A stretch of DNA of 64,000 bases, taken from IMG/VR virus record IMGVR_UViG_3300008108_000027. The stretch is one strand, 5' to 3'. Source of the stretch: an uncultured virus (IMG/VR IMGVR_UViG_3300008108_000027) (Duplodnaviria; Heunggongvirae; Uroviricota; Caudoviricetes). The translations under genes and the position numbers were made by a program. Shown here one piece after another: positions 1 through 10,800 of this stretch. The notes under the pieces are model-generated. The model did not search any database. It was given only the letters and a program-made list of their open reading frames with translations, and was not told the origin of the DNA. Numbering within the stretch: the stretch's first letter is position 1; each line of letters starts with the position of its first letter.

Positions 1-2007
1 TGTATTTGAACCGAATGTTAATAATAAATCTCTAGATTTTCTCCAAATATCATAATCGATCGCCCTACTTGGTGATAAGTAGACTTCAATATTTTTTCTA
101 TTTAAAACATAAGATGAATTTCCATCATAGAAACTGGCCTTAACGTTATCTATTTCAGAATCCAAACCATATCCAGTATCTAATCCTGGTAATGTTCTAA
201 AAACGTCAAAATATTCTTCACCATAAGAATATGGTTTTGCCTTTGTTTTAATCGTTTTTGTTCTACCTGTTAAAATAGAATTTTCTTCATCAAGTATATC
301 GGGTGTTCTATGTTTTAAAGTCATATCATACCATCCCGAACCTTTCTGAAAAAATATATCACTTATTGGATCAAATGCTCTTCTAGGTAATCCGGTTTTT
401 TCATCAACAGGATAACCCTCTCTATTAAATGTTGTTAATCCTTGTTCTATATTTTTTGTATAAAGATATGTTGTTGGTGAAAATAATGCTGTCGTTAAAA
501 ATTTACTTCTTTGTAAAACATCATAGATATCATTTTCGAGGTCACTAGAATTTGGCATTGATGTGACTCTGTAAATATATTCATCAATTCTTATTAAAGG
601 TTCAGGTGCACCCAAAAATCTTAGAAAGAAATGTATCGATGATCTAGTTCCTTTTGATTTATATAGATAGGCTAAATTAACTAATAGTCTTCTATAGAAT
701 TCATATTCGGCTTCAATTAAATTTTTACCAATACTTTGTGATGAATAGTTAGATCTACTTCTACTATACAATGCACTATCTAATGTATCTTCATCAAATA
801 AACTAACAGTGGTCAAACCTAAATTTTCCGCTAAATTCTTAAGTAGAATATCGGGTAAATTATTTATACCATCATAACTTACATTTCTCATGTAAGCGAT
901 GTTGTCTATATATTTCTTTATTTTATCAAAACTTTGTCCATATAATTGAAAAACACTTTCTGCCTTTTTTTCATCAGAATCAAACTCATACAATTGGGGT
1001 GATGTTAAAAATCTAATAAATAAATTAGATTTATAATTATCGATTTCGTCTCCTAAATTTTTTAAACTATCTAGATACCCATCAAAATCAGAACCAATTA
1101 TTTTTATATTCCAACCATCTTTAGATAATGGCCAATTATATGCAACTTGTATTAAATTTGTATTTGTTTTATCAAAATTTTCTCTTGGCACAACAAAAAA
1201 TGCAGTAAACTTTGGATTAGTTTCTCTATTAACTAATTGTTCCTCAATTTCATCTAAACTTTTATAAAACTCCTCAACAATACCATCATTTGGTCTAACT
1301 AATATATTTTCAGTATAAGTCGTGTCGCCAGAAAACGGATTACCCTTTATTTTTAATTTAAAGTTACTTTTACTGTCTGGTTGTACAAAGTCAACTATTT
1401 CGTAAGGTTGTTCTTTGATTACTGTTACATATTTCTTAAATGAAGAATAAAAGTTTCTAATATTAGTATCACCATCAGGTAAGGTATTACTTTGTGGTCT
1501 ACTTAATTTTATTTCAAACGTATTAAATAGTCTAGGTAACTCAACTTCAAAAATTGTTGTGTCTCTATCAATATCGTATGATATATTATAGGCCGTATAT
1601 TGATTTGTTACAATTAAACTGTCTTTGTCTATTAAAAAAGATGCGGGATATTTTTTAATAATATTTTTAATTGATACTTCTAATCTTCTAGATAACGACC
1701 CGAATAAAGATTTACCAGCATCATTTTTAGCATTTCTAAATCTCAACTCTCTGTCACTTTTTTTAGTCGATGACATTAATGGAGTTGAAAATTCATTTTC
1801 TTCTTCTTTTAACGTGTCTAATGTTAAAAAATCCGAAAACGGACTTGTTCTAAAATTTTTACTGTCTTTTTCAGGAATTGCTCTATCTAAAGCAAAGTTG
1901 GTATTAGTTAATTGACTAGACCCATCGGTAATTTGCACACCGACTAAACTATCACTAAAGGTTTCTCTTCCACTTGCTGCCTGACTTGGTACTTTTCTTC
2001 TTGCCAT
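1..2007 (-). CDS. Large putative virion structural protein, 3' end outside window (MARRKVPSQAASGRETFSDSLVGVQITDGSSQLTNTNF...)
   Basis: ATG at 2007 overlaps the upstream stop (TAATG). The frame reads as protein towards the window edge. It is absent from the ORF track, consistent with no stop inside the window, and lies in the structural operon. Confidence 0.7.
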   Translation of the reverse strand, partial: MARRKVPSQAASGRETFSDSLVGVQITDGSSQLTNTNFALDRAIPEKDSKNFRTSPFSDFLTLDTLKEEENEFSTPLMSSTKKSDRELRFRNAKNDAGKSLFGSLSRRLEVSIKNIIKKYPASFLIDKDSLIVTNQYTAYNISYDIDRDTTIFEVELPRLFNTFEIKLSRPQSNTLPDGDTNIRNFYSSFKKYVTVIKEQPYEIVDFVQPDSKSNFKLKIKGNPFSGDTTYTENILVRPNDGIVEEFYKSLDEIEEQLVNRETNPKFTAFFVVPRENFDKTNTNLIQVAYNWPLSKDGWNIKIIGSDFDGYLDSLKNLGDEIDNYKSNLFIRFLTSPQLYEFDSDEKKAESVFQLYGQSFDKIKKYIDNIAYMRNVSYDGINNLPDILLKNLAENLGLTTVSLFDEDTLDSALYSRSRSNYSSQSIGKNLIEAEYEFYRRLLVNLAYLYKSKGTRSSIHFFLRFLGAPEPLIRIDEYIYRVTSMPNSSDLENDIYDVLQRSKFLTTALFSPTTYLYTKNIEQGLTTFNREGYPVDEKTGLPRRAFDPISDIFFQKGSGWYDMTLKHRTPDILDEENSILTGRTKTIKTKAKPYSYGEEYFDVFRTLPGLDTGYGLDSEIDNVKASFYDGNSSYVLNRKNIEVYLSPSRAIDYDIWRKSRDLLLTFGSNT

Positions 2008-2927
2008 TATATATTTGTAATAGTATCAAAATCTAATGATTGGTCAATATCTGTTTTTCTTTCTCTAACCTCATACAATGTGTCATTTAGATCATCTTTA
2101 ATCTCATACAAGTTGTATTGTCTATAGATATTGTTATTATTATCGTAAATCGTATAGATACCCGGTGCAACCGCCTTAGTTTGATTACCATAAAGTGCGT
2201 GTGCTAATGTAGTTGCATCATGTTCAACCATCTCGATTTCAATTGTAGTTGGATTTAAAAAAGTATTTGTTAAAATAATTTTTTGTGATGGTTGTCCAAT
2301 AAAAGGTACCGTATTTGGTTTACTGGATGGTGCGGAGGACGGTGTAACAGTAAGAAACATTAAATTTGTCGCTTGATCAGTGTACTGATATCTTATCGCT
2401 TTTTGAGTTGTATTTGTCAAATTTGATGCAATTGGTGTACAATAAAATGATGAAGTTACGACTCTATAAAAATTTGGTATTTTAGTATTGTTATTTGTGT
2501 TGATATACTCTATTCTATACCCAACCAATCCTTGTGGTGTGAATTTATTTCTATCTTCGGTTGGAACGTTACTTATATCAATAATTAATCCTCTAACTGA
2601 AGGTAAAGAAGCCAAAATACCACAATCGGTTATTGTTGTTCTTATTTGTTTGGGTCTAATGTGTAAGGTATATATACCTAATTCGGAAAAATCACTAGAG
2701 GATAATTTTAAATTATATAAACCACCTAATATTTCAACATTTGGTGCATTATTGTCATCGGTTGTTTCATTATTATGAAAAACCGGTGTTAAAATGTCCT
2801 GAGAGGCTAATTTTTTTAATGTAACCTCAGATGTTGTCAATCGATTTGCAACATAATGATAATATATATCAACATCTTGTGGTGATATATCCGATGGTCT
2901 AACTATACCGTATGATCCTACTGCCAT
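2007..2927 (-). CDS. Conserved-looking hypothetical phage protein, probably structural
   Basis: 306 aa ORF with the TATTTAT motif upstream, translationally coupled to the next gene. Confidence 0.6.
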   Translation of the reverse strand: MAVGSYGIVRPSDISPQDVDIYYHYVANRLTTSEVTLKKLASQDILTPVFHNNETTDDNNAPNVEILGGLYNLKLSSSDFSELGIYTLHIRPKQIRTTITDCGILASLPSVRGLIIDISNVPTEDRNKFTPQGLVGYRIEYINTNNNTKIPNFYRVVTSSFYCTPIASNLTNTTQKAIRYQYTDQATNLMFLTVTPSSAPSSKPNTVPFIGQPSQKIILTNTFLNPTTIEIEMVEHDATTLAHALYGNQTKAVAPGIYTIYDNNNNIYRQYNLYEIKDDLNDTLYEVRERKTDIDQSLDFDTITNI

Positions 2928-2953
2928 GTATTTTTATTTAATAAATATATTTT

Positions 2954-3877
2954 TTATTGTTTTATTACATTAAAAAATCCATTTCCATAAATTCTTAATT
3001 CACCGGTATTGTCTACTTCAGTTAATCTTAGATTATATTCCATAACACTAAGTTTACCTCTTTCAACAAAAATATCGGAATAGATCGTCGGTTCATCAAT
3101 AAACCCAAGAAAATGTTCATTCCTTGTTATTAGATTATCGAAAACTTCTTCTTTTGTGAATCCAACGGTCGTACCCGTTATCATCGTATAACCATCAGAA
3201 TAATCTTTATAAACTAAATTGTCAATAGTATATGCACTATAACTACCGATTTCATCGACCCCGCCCGTTACCCCAGTATATGAATTTGACCCATATAACC
3301 TTTTTTCATCTATTCTACTTCCACCTATAGCAACATACTTAAATGTTGTTTGTCCAGTGTTATTTGTGTAATCTAAATCATTTAGATAATCTTGATCACC
3401 CGTTAAAACGGTATAAGGTATAGTAAATCCACTAAAAGTACCAAGTGGATTTGGTTTTGATATGTCTTGAGGTATTTTAACTATTTTACTTAAGTTTTGT
3501 TTTGTCCATGGACTATCTAAACTTATCGTTATGGTGTATGAACTATATCCAATAGATGGTATTGGGTAAGTTTTTGAAACGGTAGACAGTAAATTACCTG
3601 TATGTATAGGTAATGGAGAAGACGTACCATCTCCCCAATTTATAGTGAAAGTGGCTTCTTTTATATATCTAAATTTTTCAATGAATACGGTATTATATAC
3701 ATCAATTACATTAACATTTTGTGTGTAACTAAAATTACAAAATTCTTCTATTTGACTTATTTTACCATCAAAACCGACCATGATACCCATTTCATCAACC
3801 GATGAATCTAAATATATAGGTAGGTTATATGTTAACCCCGTATTTGTCCTTAATATTTCGTATTTAGTTTTTCTCAT
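2954..3877 (-). CDS. Putative structural protein with PKD-like motif (TINWGDG)
   Basis: 307 aa ORF; WGDG motif typical of PKD/Ig-like domains. Confidence 0.55.
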   Translation of the reverse strand: MRKTKYEILRTNTGLTYNLPIYLDSSVDEMGIMVGFDGKISQIEEFCNFSYTQNVNVIDVYNTVFIEKFRYIKEATFTINWGDGTSSPLPIHTGNLLSTVSKTYPIPSIGYSSYTITISLDSPWTKQNLSKIVKIPQDISKPNPLGTFSGFTIPYTVLTGDQDYLNDLDYTNNTGQTTFKYVAIGGSRIDEKRLYGSNSYTGVTGGVDEIGSYSAYTIDNLVYKDYSDGYTMITGTTVGFTKEEVFDNLITRNEHFLGFIDEPTIYSDIFVERGKLSVMEYNLRLTEVDNTGELRIYGNGFFNVIKQ

Positions 3878-4693
3878 CTATGAAAATGATTGATAAAATT
3901 TAATTGGGTTATACCTGGTACCGACTCTAGCACCGGTAGATCCACTATAACTATAAACAATATATGAATAATCAGTTCTTCCAGGTGTGTCTGTTCTATT
4001 TATTTCCAATTTATAATACATGTCTCTAGATTCGACTATTTCAGTTGTTGGTGTTAATCCACTATTTGTTAGATTTAATATTTCACCATCCTTTGCGTTA
4101 TAAAATCTGGCAGACACCCAAAAAGTATTTCCGGTTATTAATGTTTCTTCGAATGCGCTATCATCTTTAAACCAAAAAAGATACATGTTTTCTTTATTCC
4201 TATAATTTGATCCCGAAAAAACAGGAACAAATATGTTTTTTATTAGTGGTGCAAAAAAGTATCTTTCACCTAATGGTAATGTTAGATTTTTTGTAAAAAC
4301 TAATTTTCTGTTACTTCTATCTGGCACATCGTTATTGGGTGTTTTGTAAAATTCTAATCTAAAAAAACTTTCAGTTGCTACTTTTAATAATTTAGCGTTT
4401 TCATCTGGTTGTATACCAACTAAATTATAATCTAATCCATTTGTATAGGTTGTTCCTGTTGTAAAATAAAAATAAAACCAAATGTCATTTTGTGTAAAAT
4501 TAGTAACTCCACTTATTGGATATTCTTCATGTATATATCTAACAGTTTCATAATTATCTATTGGGTTTATAATTCTTTTTAAACTTTCTTTTTCTAATTC
4601 TTCGGCGTTCTCTTGCCACCCGAGATCTGTTTTGAAATCGTTTTCGTTATTTATTAAGATATTTTTATCACTATCGTTTCTTAATATATTCAT
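3878..4693 (-). CDS. Hypothetical protein, probably structural
   Basis: ORF coupled to neighbours; ATG at 4693 (MNILRN) overlapping the upstream stop preferred over the TTG at 4699. Confidence 0.55.
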   Translation of the reverse strand: MNILRNDSDKNILINNENDFKTDLGWQENAEELEKESLKRIINPIDNYETVRYIHEEYPISGVTNFTQNDIWFYFYFTTGTTYTNGLDYNLVGIQPDENAKLLKVATESFFRLEFYKTPNNDVPDRSNRKLVFTKNLTLPLGERYFFAPLIKNIFVPVFSGSNYRNKENMYLFWFKDDSAFEETLITGNTFWVSARFYNAKDGEILNLTNSGLTPTTEIVESRDMYYKLEINRTDTPGRTDYSYIVYSYSGSTGARVGTRYNPIKFYQSFS

Positions 4694-6441
4694 TAACAAT
4701 CTATTTTTAGATTTTGTGTCTTTTTAACACCATCTTGTTTATTTGTATAGTCTTCCTCATTTTTTAAATAGAAATTAATATCAAATTTTAAATAATGACA
4801 ATCATTTAAAAACGGAAAATTAGTTCCAAATCCATCAACATCGACATATCCGTGATCATATAGATCTCTCCATTTCCATAAATTTTCTGATTTGTCATAT
4901 ATTATATTTTCAGGTAATCCATAAATTTGGTCGGTATTTGATGTTTCTATATATGGTGATAATTGTCTAATTTTTACTCTATAGTGTGGTTGATAATATA
5001 ACCCAACCAAATTAGTCGGTACCGCATCCATAGCGGTATCTTGTCCATGATCAAAAATATTCAAAGGTGATGTTATTTTATGGAAAGATTCGCTTATTAT
5101 CCTTTCTTTTAATTCTTTTGTATTGTATTCAACAAATGCTCCCACTAAATCTGTACCTTTTGGTATTGGGTTACCTCTATTAAATGTTATACCTGAATTA
5201 ATAAATGGTGTACTTGTTAAACTATTTTCAAAAGGTGAATTTGAATCATCAAAATGTTTATCTACCCAAGTATCGTGAAAATTAAATTTGTAACCGACTT
5301 TTGGTGGATAATTAAAATATCCGTTATCGTTTCTAAAGATTATTGATACATATAATTCTGTTGGTGTGTAACCTAAATTATTTGTTATCCCACTTAATGT
5401 GTATGGTTCTTTAAAATCAAAAAGTACTGATTCCATTCTATTTTGTTCAACCAAATAGTCAATAACACCTTGGCTATTTTCAAATAATAATTTTTTTTCA
5501 TCTTCAAATACTGGCGATTCAAACCCCATTTTATCTAAGATGTAATCTTTTAATTCAGTTAATGTTTTGTGTCTATGAACATAGTACTTTGAAGTTGTTT
5601 CAGATATATTATTTATATCGAGACATCTCTTTATAAAGATAACGGTATCAAGCGTTAATGATGGTGGAAATTGACTTTTTAGAATGTTTAAAACATAATT
5701 TTCAGAATCATATATTTCGTCACCAATACTATCAACATAAAAAGTTCTATTTTCTACCGGTACCGTATTATTTAATGTTGTTTCTAAAATTGTTATATAT
5801 TCTCCTTGATTTATACCATGTGTAACTGGTGACGTAAATTTATAATATTTACCATTATTAGTAACTCTAAATGGGATACCATCTTGTGCTTGAAAAGAGT
5901 AAACTGTACCATCAGATAAACTGTAATTTATTGGATACGTTGTGTCTCCACTATAAACATATGATAAATAAAAATTCCAATTTTTATAAGGTGCGTCAGT
6001 TTGGGACATACCAATATGATCAAGTCCACCATCTGTCAAAGTGATATTAGGGACGAATGCACCAGGTGTTGATCCTGATATTGGTTCATTTTTTTCTCTT
6101 AAAAGATCTGTTCTTAAAAAGGCAAATTCATTATAGTTTAGATATCCTGTAAAATCACCATCCCCACCATCACCGACTAGTGCCAAATTTCTTTCAAGTG
6201 GACCATATGTTGTGTCACCAGAATAGGTATTTCTGAATATCATTTTTATTTTACCAAATATTTTATAATTTTGACATTCGTTTCTTTCTTCATTAAAAAG
6301 TCTAGCCAAATCTAAAATAACATCTCTGTCACCTTCTCTTAATAAATTTTTAGATTCATCTAAATTTATTCTAATTGTTAGATTTTCATCGGGTGCACTT
6401 TCAAATCTTCTATCTGGTAATATGATTTTTTTCTTATTCAT
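4693..6441 (-). CDS. Putative structural protein
   Basis: 582 aa ORF in the baseplate/structural operon. Confidence 0.55.
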   Translation of the reverse strand: MNKKKIILPDRRFESAPDENLTIRINLDESKNLLREGDRDVILDLARLFNEERNECQNYKIFGKIKMIFRNTYSGDTTYGPLERNLALVGDGGDGDFTGYLNYNEFAFLRTDLLREKNEPISGSTPGAFVPNITLTDGGLDHIGMSQTDAPYKNWNFYLSYVYSGDTTYPINYSLSDGTVYSFQAQDGIPFRVTNNGKYYKFTSPVTHGINQGEYITILETTLNNTVPVENRTFYVDSIGDEIYDSENYVLNILKSQFPPSLTLDTVIFIKRCLDINNISETTSKYYVHRHKTLTELKDYILDKMGFESPVFEDEKKLLFENSQGVIDYLVEQNRMESVLFDFKEPYTLSGITNNLGYTPTELYVSIIFRNDNGYFNYPPKVGYKFNFHDTWVDKHFDDSNSPFENSLTSTPFINSGITFNRGNPIPKGTDLVGAFVEYNTKELKERIISESFHKITSPLNIFDHGQDTAMDAVPTNLVGLYYQPHYRVKIRQLSPYIETSNTDQIYGLPENIIYDKSENLWKWRDLYDHGYVDVDGFGTNFPFLNDCHYLKFDINFYLKNEEDYTNKQDGVKKTQNLKIDC

Positions 6442-7149
6442 TTATCTTTGTATATTAAATAAATAATTCATAACACATCTTATTGATGATGATGGTTGTT
6501 TTTTTATTTCACAAATTCCATTTTCAATCATTATTTTATTATATTCATAGGCCATTCCACAAGTTTCCCAACTCATTTCCTCACCATCAGTTCTTCGGTA
6601 TATGTTCATCATTTCCACTTCATCATTAAAAATACCATTCTTACTTGGTTTCATATTATCTATTGTTTTTTTACTAAACCCATTTTCTTTACATTTACAA
6701 ACAACGGCTTTACCATTTAAACTGTAAGCACCATACATTGAGGCTGTTTTTATACCACCATACTTTTCAGAAACCTCAACCAATTTTCTATGTGCCATTC
6801 CAGCGAAACATGTTGCAAATTGCAATGTACCATTTGTATCTAATAGACTAACCAATTCATTTAATAATAAATTTAATTTTTCATCACCATCAATTTCTTT
6901 TAACTCTTTTGAGTTTATTAAATGTTTACCTCTACCATATGTATTAATGGTAACGTACTTCAATTTATTTGGATACTTTTGTTTAAATTTTTTTATATTT
7001 TCAATAACTTCGTTTACTGTTTTAACCGGACCAATTGAATAAGTGAATTTGGAAAATGTTCTAAATAAAAGTTTATCTTTTTTATCATAATCCAGATAAA
7101 CAACAACATGATTTGGTCTTCTTTTACTAAATAAATCTTTTATAAACAT
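6442..7149 (-). CDS. Hypothetical protein, paralog 2 (possible caspase-like/DUF4347-like alpha/beta fold)
   Basis: 235 aa; shares MFIKDLFSKRRPNH, F(A/G)TCF, RKLVE and WExCGMAYEYNK with the adjacent ORF. Confidence 0.6.
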   Translation of the reverse strand: MFIKDLFSKRRPNHVVVYLDYDKKDKLLFRTFSKFTYSIGPVKTVNEVIENIKKFKQKYPNKLKYVTINTYGRGKHLINSKELKEIDGDEKLNLLLNELVSLLDTNGTLQFATCFAGMAHRKLVEVSEKYGGIKTASMYGAYSLNGKAVVCKCKENGFSKKTIDNMKPSKNGIFNDEVEMMNIYRRTDGEEMSWETCGMAYEYNKIMIENGICEIKKQPSSSIRCVMNYLFNIQR

Positions 7150-7865
7150 ATTATTGTGTATTAAAAAAATAATTCATTAATCCATGAATCGCTAACCATG
7201 GTTGTGTAATATTTTCACAAATTCCATCTTCGATAGTTCTTTTATTATATTCATAAGCCATACCACAACTTTCCCAATTTATCACTTCATTATCTGTTCT
7301 TCTGTTTATTTCGATCATTGTTTGTTCGTCTCGTTCCATACCTCTTTGACTTTGTGGTAATTTAGATATTAAATTTTGACTATAATTTTTATCTTTACAT
7401 GAACACATTTTCCCATGTTTAAATAATCTAAATAAAGAAGTAAAATAATTAGCAATCGTGTCTGGTGCAACTATTTTAATTCCATCTAATTTTTGTGACA
7501 TTTCAACTAATTTCCTATTTATTGTTCCAACAAAACAAGTACCGAATAACATTGATCCGTTTTCCTTTAACATTGGTTTTAATTGTAACAATAATTCAAA
7601 AACTTTATCGTCACCTTCTTTTGTGTGTACTAAATGTTTACCTTTACCATTTGTCATTATGATTATGTAATCTAATTTATTTGTATATTTTTTTTTAAAA
7701 ATATTTAGATCGTGTATCACATCATCAATTTTCCGATATGGACCAATGGAATGTAAAAATTTAGAAAAAATTGTAAATAATCCATTATCTGTTTTATTGT
7801 TATCAATAAAAATTATCAAATGGTTTGGTCTTCTTTTACTAAATAAATCTTTTATAAACATATTA
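7112..7865. repeat. Perfect 42 bp direct repeat (7112-7153 and 7824-7865)
   Basis: tttggtcttcttttactaaataaatcttttataaacatatta occurs twice, covering the upstream stop, start codon and first ~12 codons of both paralogs. Confidence 0.9.
7151..7861 (-). CDS. Hypothetical protein, paralog 1
   Basis: Start placed at ATG 7861 (MFIKDLFSKRRPNH), matching the paralog and lying just after the upstream stop. Confidence 0.6.
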   Translation of the reverse strand: MFIKDLFSKRRPNHLIIFIDNNKTDNGLFTIFSKFLHSIGPYRKIDDVIHDLNIFKKKYTNKLDYIIIMTNGKGKHLVHTKEGDDKVFELLLQLKPMLKENGSMLFGTCFVGTINRKLVEMSQKLDGIKIVAPDTIANYFTSLFRLFKHGKMCSCKDKNYSQNLISKLPQSQRGMERDEQTMIEINRRTDNEVINWESCGMAYEYNKRTIEDGICENITQPWLAIHGLMNYFFNTQ

Positions 7866-10800
7866 GAAAGGTCCGTAAAATTCAATAAATTTATCAAAGG
7901 CGGTCTTACCTTTTCTTAATCCAAAATAATAATGAAATGGTATACCAATTTCCATAGTATGTCTTTTGACACCATTCACAGTATGTTCTTTATAATTGTC
8001 ATTATATTTCTTTTCACCACTACCAGCATCAATACAATCTCTTATTGGTGGTAAAACATAGGGATCAAAATAATCATCATCCAACGGATTTGCGTTTGGA
8101 TCAGGATTCATATTACCCTTCATTAATTGTATTTTTTGGTTATATATTTTACCACTATAATAACTTTGTCCTTCATCACTACCTATATTACCAGTTGTTG
8201 ATTCTCCGAAACCATGTCCTATAGTATCCCACATATAATATGGAACTCTTTGGGATACGTCACCAAGCCTTGTTGGTTCATTTAAACATTTTCTAATTAG
8301 TTCACCTGCTCTTTCAAATGTAACCGTATCGGGATCATCTTCACTAAATACAAAATCAAGACCGACTGGACCTTTACCATCAAATACCGTACTGTATTGT
8401 GCTGTGTATGGTGAAAATGATTCTTCATATTCAAATGGAAAAATTCCCGATTGTGTATTAAAATTCATTAATTGGGCGATATCACCATCTATTAGTCCGT
8501 TTGCTCTTGCATCAAATAAATCTTGTACATCTAATTTTCCCCTTTCTTTTATTTCTTTAGATTGAACAATATATTCCATTAAATCATCTAATCCTTTATA
8601 TGATGTTGCACCTATACTTCTAGATATCGAACAATTAACATCTAACTCAGGATCGGTACATATTTCATTAATCCAAGTGTTTCTTGGTCCTAAATCAATA
8701 ATTGTTGTTGGGAAATTTATTTCTCTTTTGTAATTTAACCCATTAAACAAATCACCAATTAAATTCATAAAAGGTAATGGAGTACTAAAATTTGCACCAT
8801 AATCAATTGCCCTAACTTGACCATAAAATCCTTTTGTTTTGTTCGCATAATCACTCGTTAAAGAAGTATTTACACCTAATTGAGTTCCAGTTGCGGGATC
8901 GTAATCATATTGTGTTTCTGATGCCGAATAACTCGGACTATATGGTGTAGATCTATAATAGAAATGGAGGCCCGTTGCGTCTTGAACTTTATACACACAT
9001 TCTTTACAAAATCTATTACTTCCTCTTTTCATAAATTGAAAGAAATATAGTGACCCTAATAACCACGAATCATTAAATGTATATGATACCACCCCTCCAC
9101 ACATTAGCTTATGGAATAATTTTCTTCTTCTAAAAGATTTTAACATTGTAAATGTGTTTCCTGCTAATGGTACTATACTATAAACACCATCTCTAAATTC
9201 AGAATATCCTGATAATGTACCTCTTTGTGTTAATCCTTGATCACAATAATATGGTCCCTTTTTCTTTACTTCGCCAGCATATGCACCATTCACAATACAT
9301 CTTGTTGTGGCATTTCTAAATCCTCCATTCGGATCTGTTGGCCATTTGGCATAAATACTTGCAACAGCACCAACATTACATGGTACACCACTAAAGCATG
9401 GATCGGGATGTGATTGTAAAATATTTGTTGAATAATTTCCATCCAATTGATCCCATAAACTAGTTCCGGCACCAATAGAACCATTACTAATACAACCAAC
9501 ATTATATGTACTTGAATTTGTTGGGTAACAATCACCTGGTCTACAACCCATTAAAACATTTCTCGCGGCGGCATATTCTTGTAGTGGTGTTCCGCCATTA
9601 TATAACGGGAAAACAAATGCCTGTAAATTCATACTACCACCACCACCATCTTCTGTCCATTTTGTGTCAATTATAAAATCGTACTTATTACAACCTTCTT
9701 CCTCAATTCCTGATGGTAGATTTGGGTCCGGTGCTGATACGTCAGAACAATCTTCCACATATATAAGTTTAGATATAGGAAAAACACAACCATGATCTTC
9801 ATGTACAGAATTTTGAATAGGTGTATCATATCTTGTGTTAGTTTCATCGGCAAGAAAACTAGCCAAAACACTATATACCCCTCCACCTACTTTCCATCTA
9901 CCATATTGTCCAGAATATATTATGGGGTAATTGGTTCCACATCCAATAAAAATATATTGTGGGTCTGTACCAATAAGTGGTGTAATTTCCAATAGATATT
10001 TTCTATTCATAATGGCACCATCAACAGTTGACCCTGTATAATTTGAAAATACGTCAATTCCCGTACCACCACATCTATTACAATATGCCGATGTTGATGA
10101 TGTGGTATAAGTTACACCAGTAAATTGTGGTGGAATTGTAAATGATTGTCCTCTTTTAGCACAAAAAACAAATGTGTTACCAGATGTTCCTGTTGGAACT
10201 GTTATAGTATTTCCTGACGCATTATTACAATCAACAAAATTATTTATTGTAAAAGCACTTAAACCTATATTTTTAAAAGTATATGCATCACAAGGATATG
10301 TGAAATATAAAGAATCATCAGCGTTGCCGGAACAATAAGCACCGGGACTTTGTTGTGTAGCCGTTACTTGTGAACCAAAACCTGGCGGTATTGTAATGGT
10401 TTGACCTTTTTTTGCACATACTTCAATTCCATTAGACGGATTTTCTTCAACAGGAAGATATATCGTTCTACTGACATCATCGCAATCTATATATGTTAAA
10501 GTACATGCACTTGAACTATAATTTCTAAATACATACTTTCTACATATGTCGGTATTTCTTCTAATCTCATATTTTTCTTCTACAGTGAAATTTGTGGCAA
10601 CAGGTGGTTTATTTTTATAATCATCGGCCGTCGGTGCCACTGGTGGAGTTTGTACAGGTGTTTCTTCATTATCTTCATTACAATCGTAACAATCAGGATA
10701 CACCAATAACTGAAGTCTAAAAATATTTGTAAATTGAAATTCCTTACCCCTTCTAAATGTTCTAGCAGCAGCATCGTTTGACACCCCACTACTTGCTATT

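Noticed and set aside
2954..4699. In-frame TAG between two ORFs (TAG-ATG at 3875-3880), suggesting stop-codon recoding or readthrough
   Set aside because: The same stop-then-ATG packing occurs with TAA at 6439-6444. Long genes are intact under code 11, and other TAGs end genes at sensible positions.
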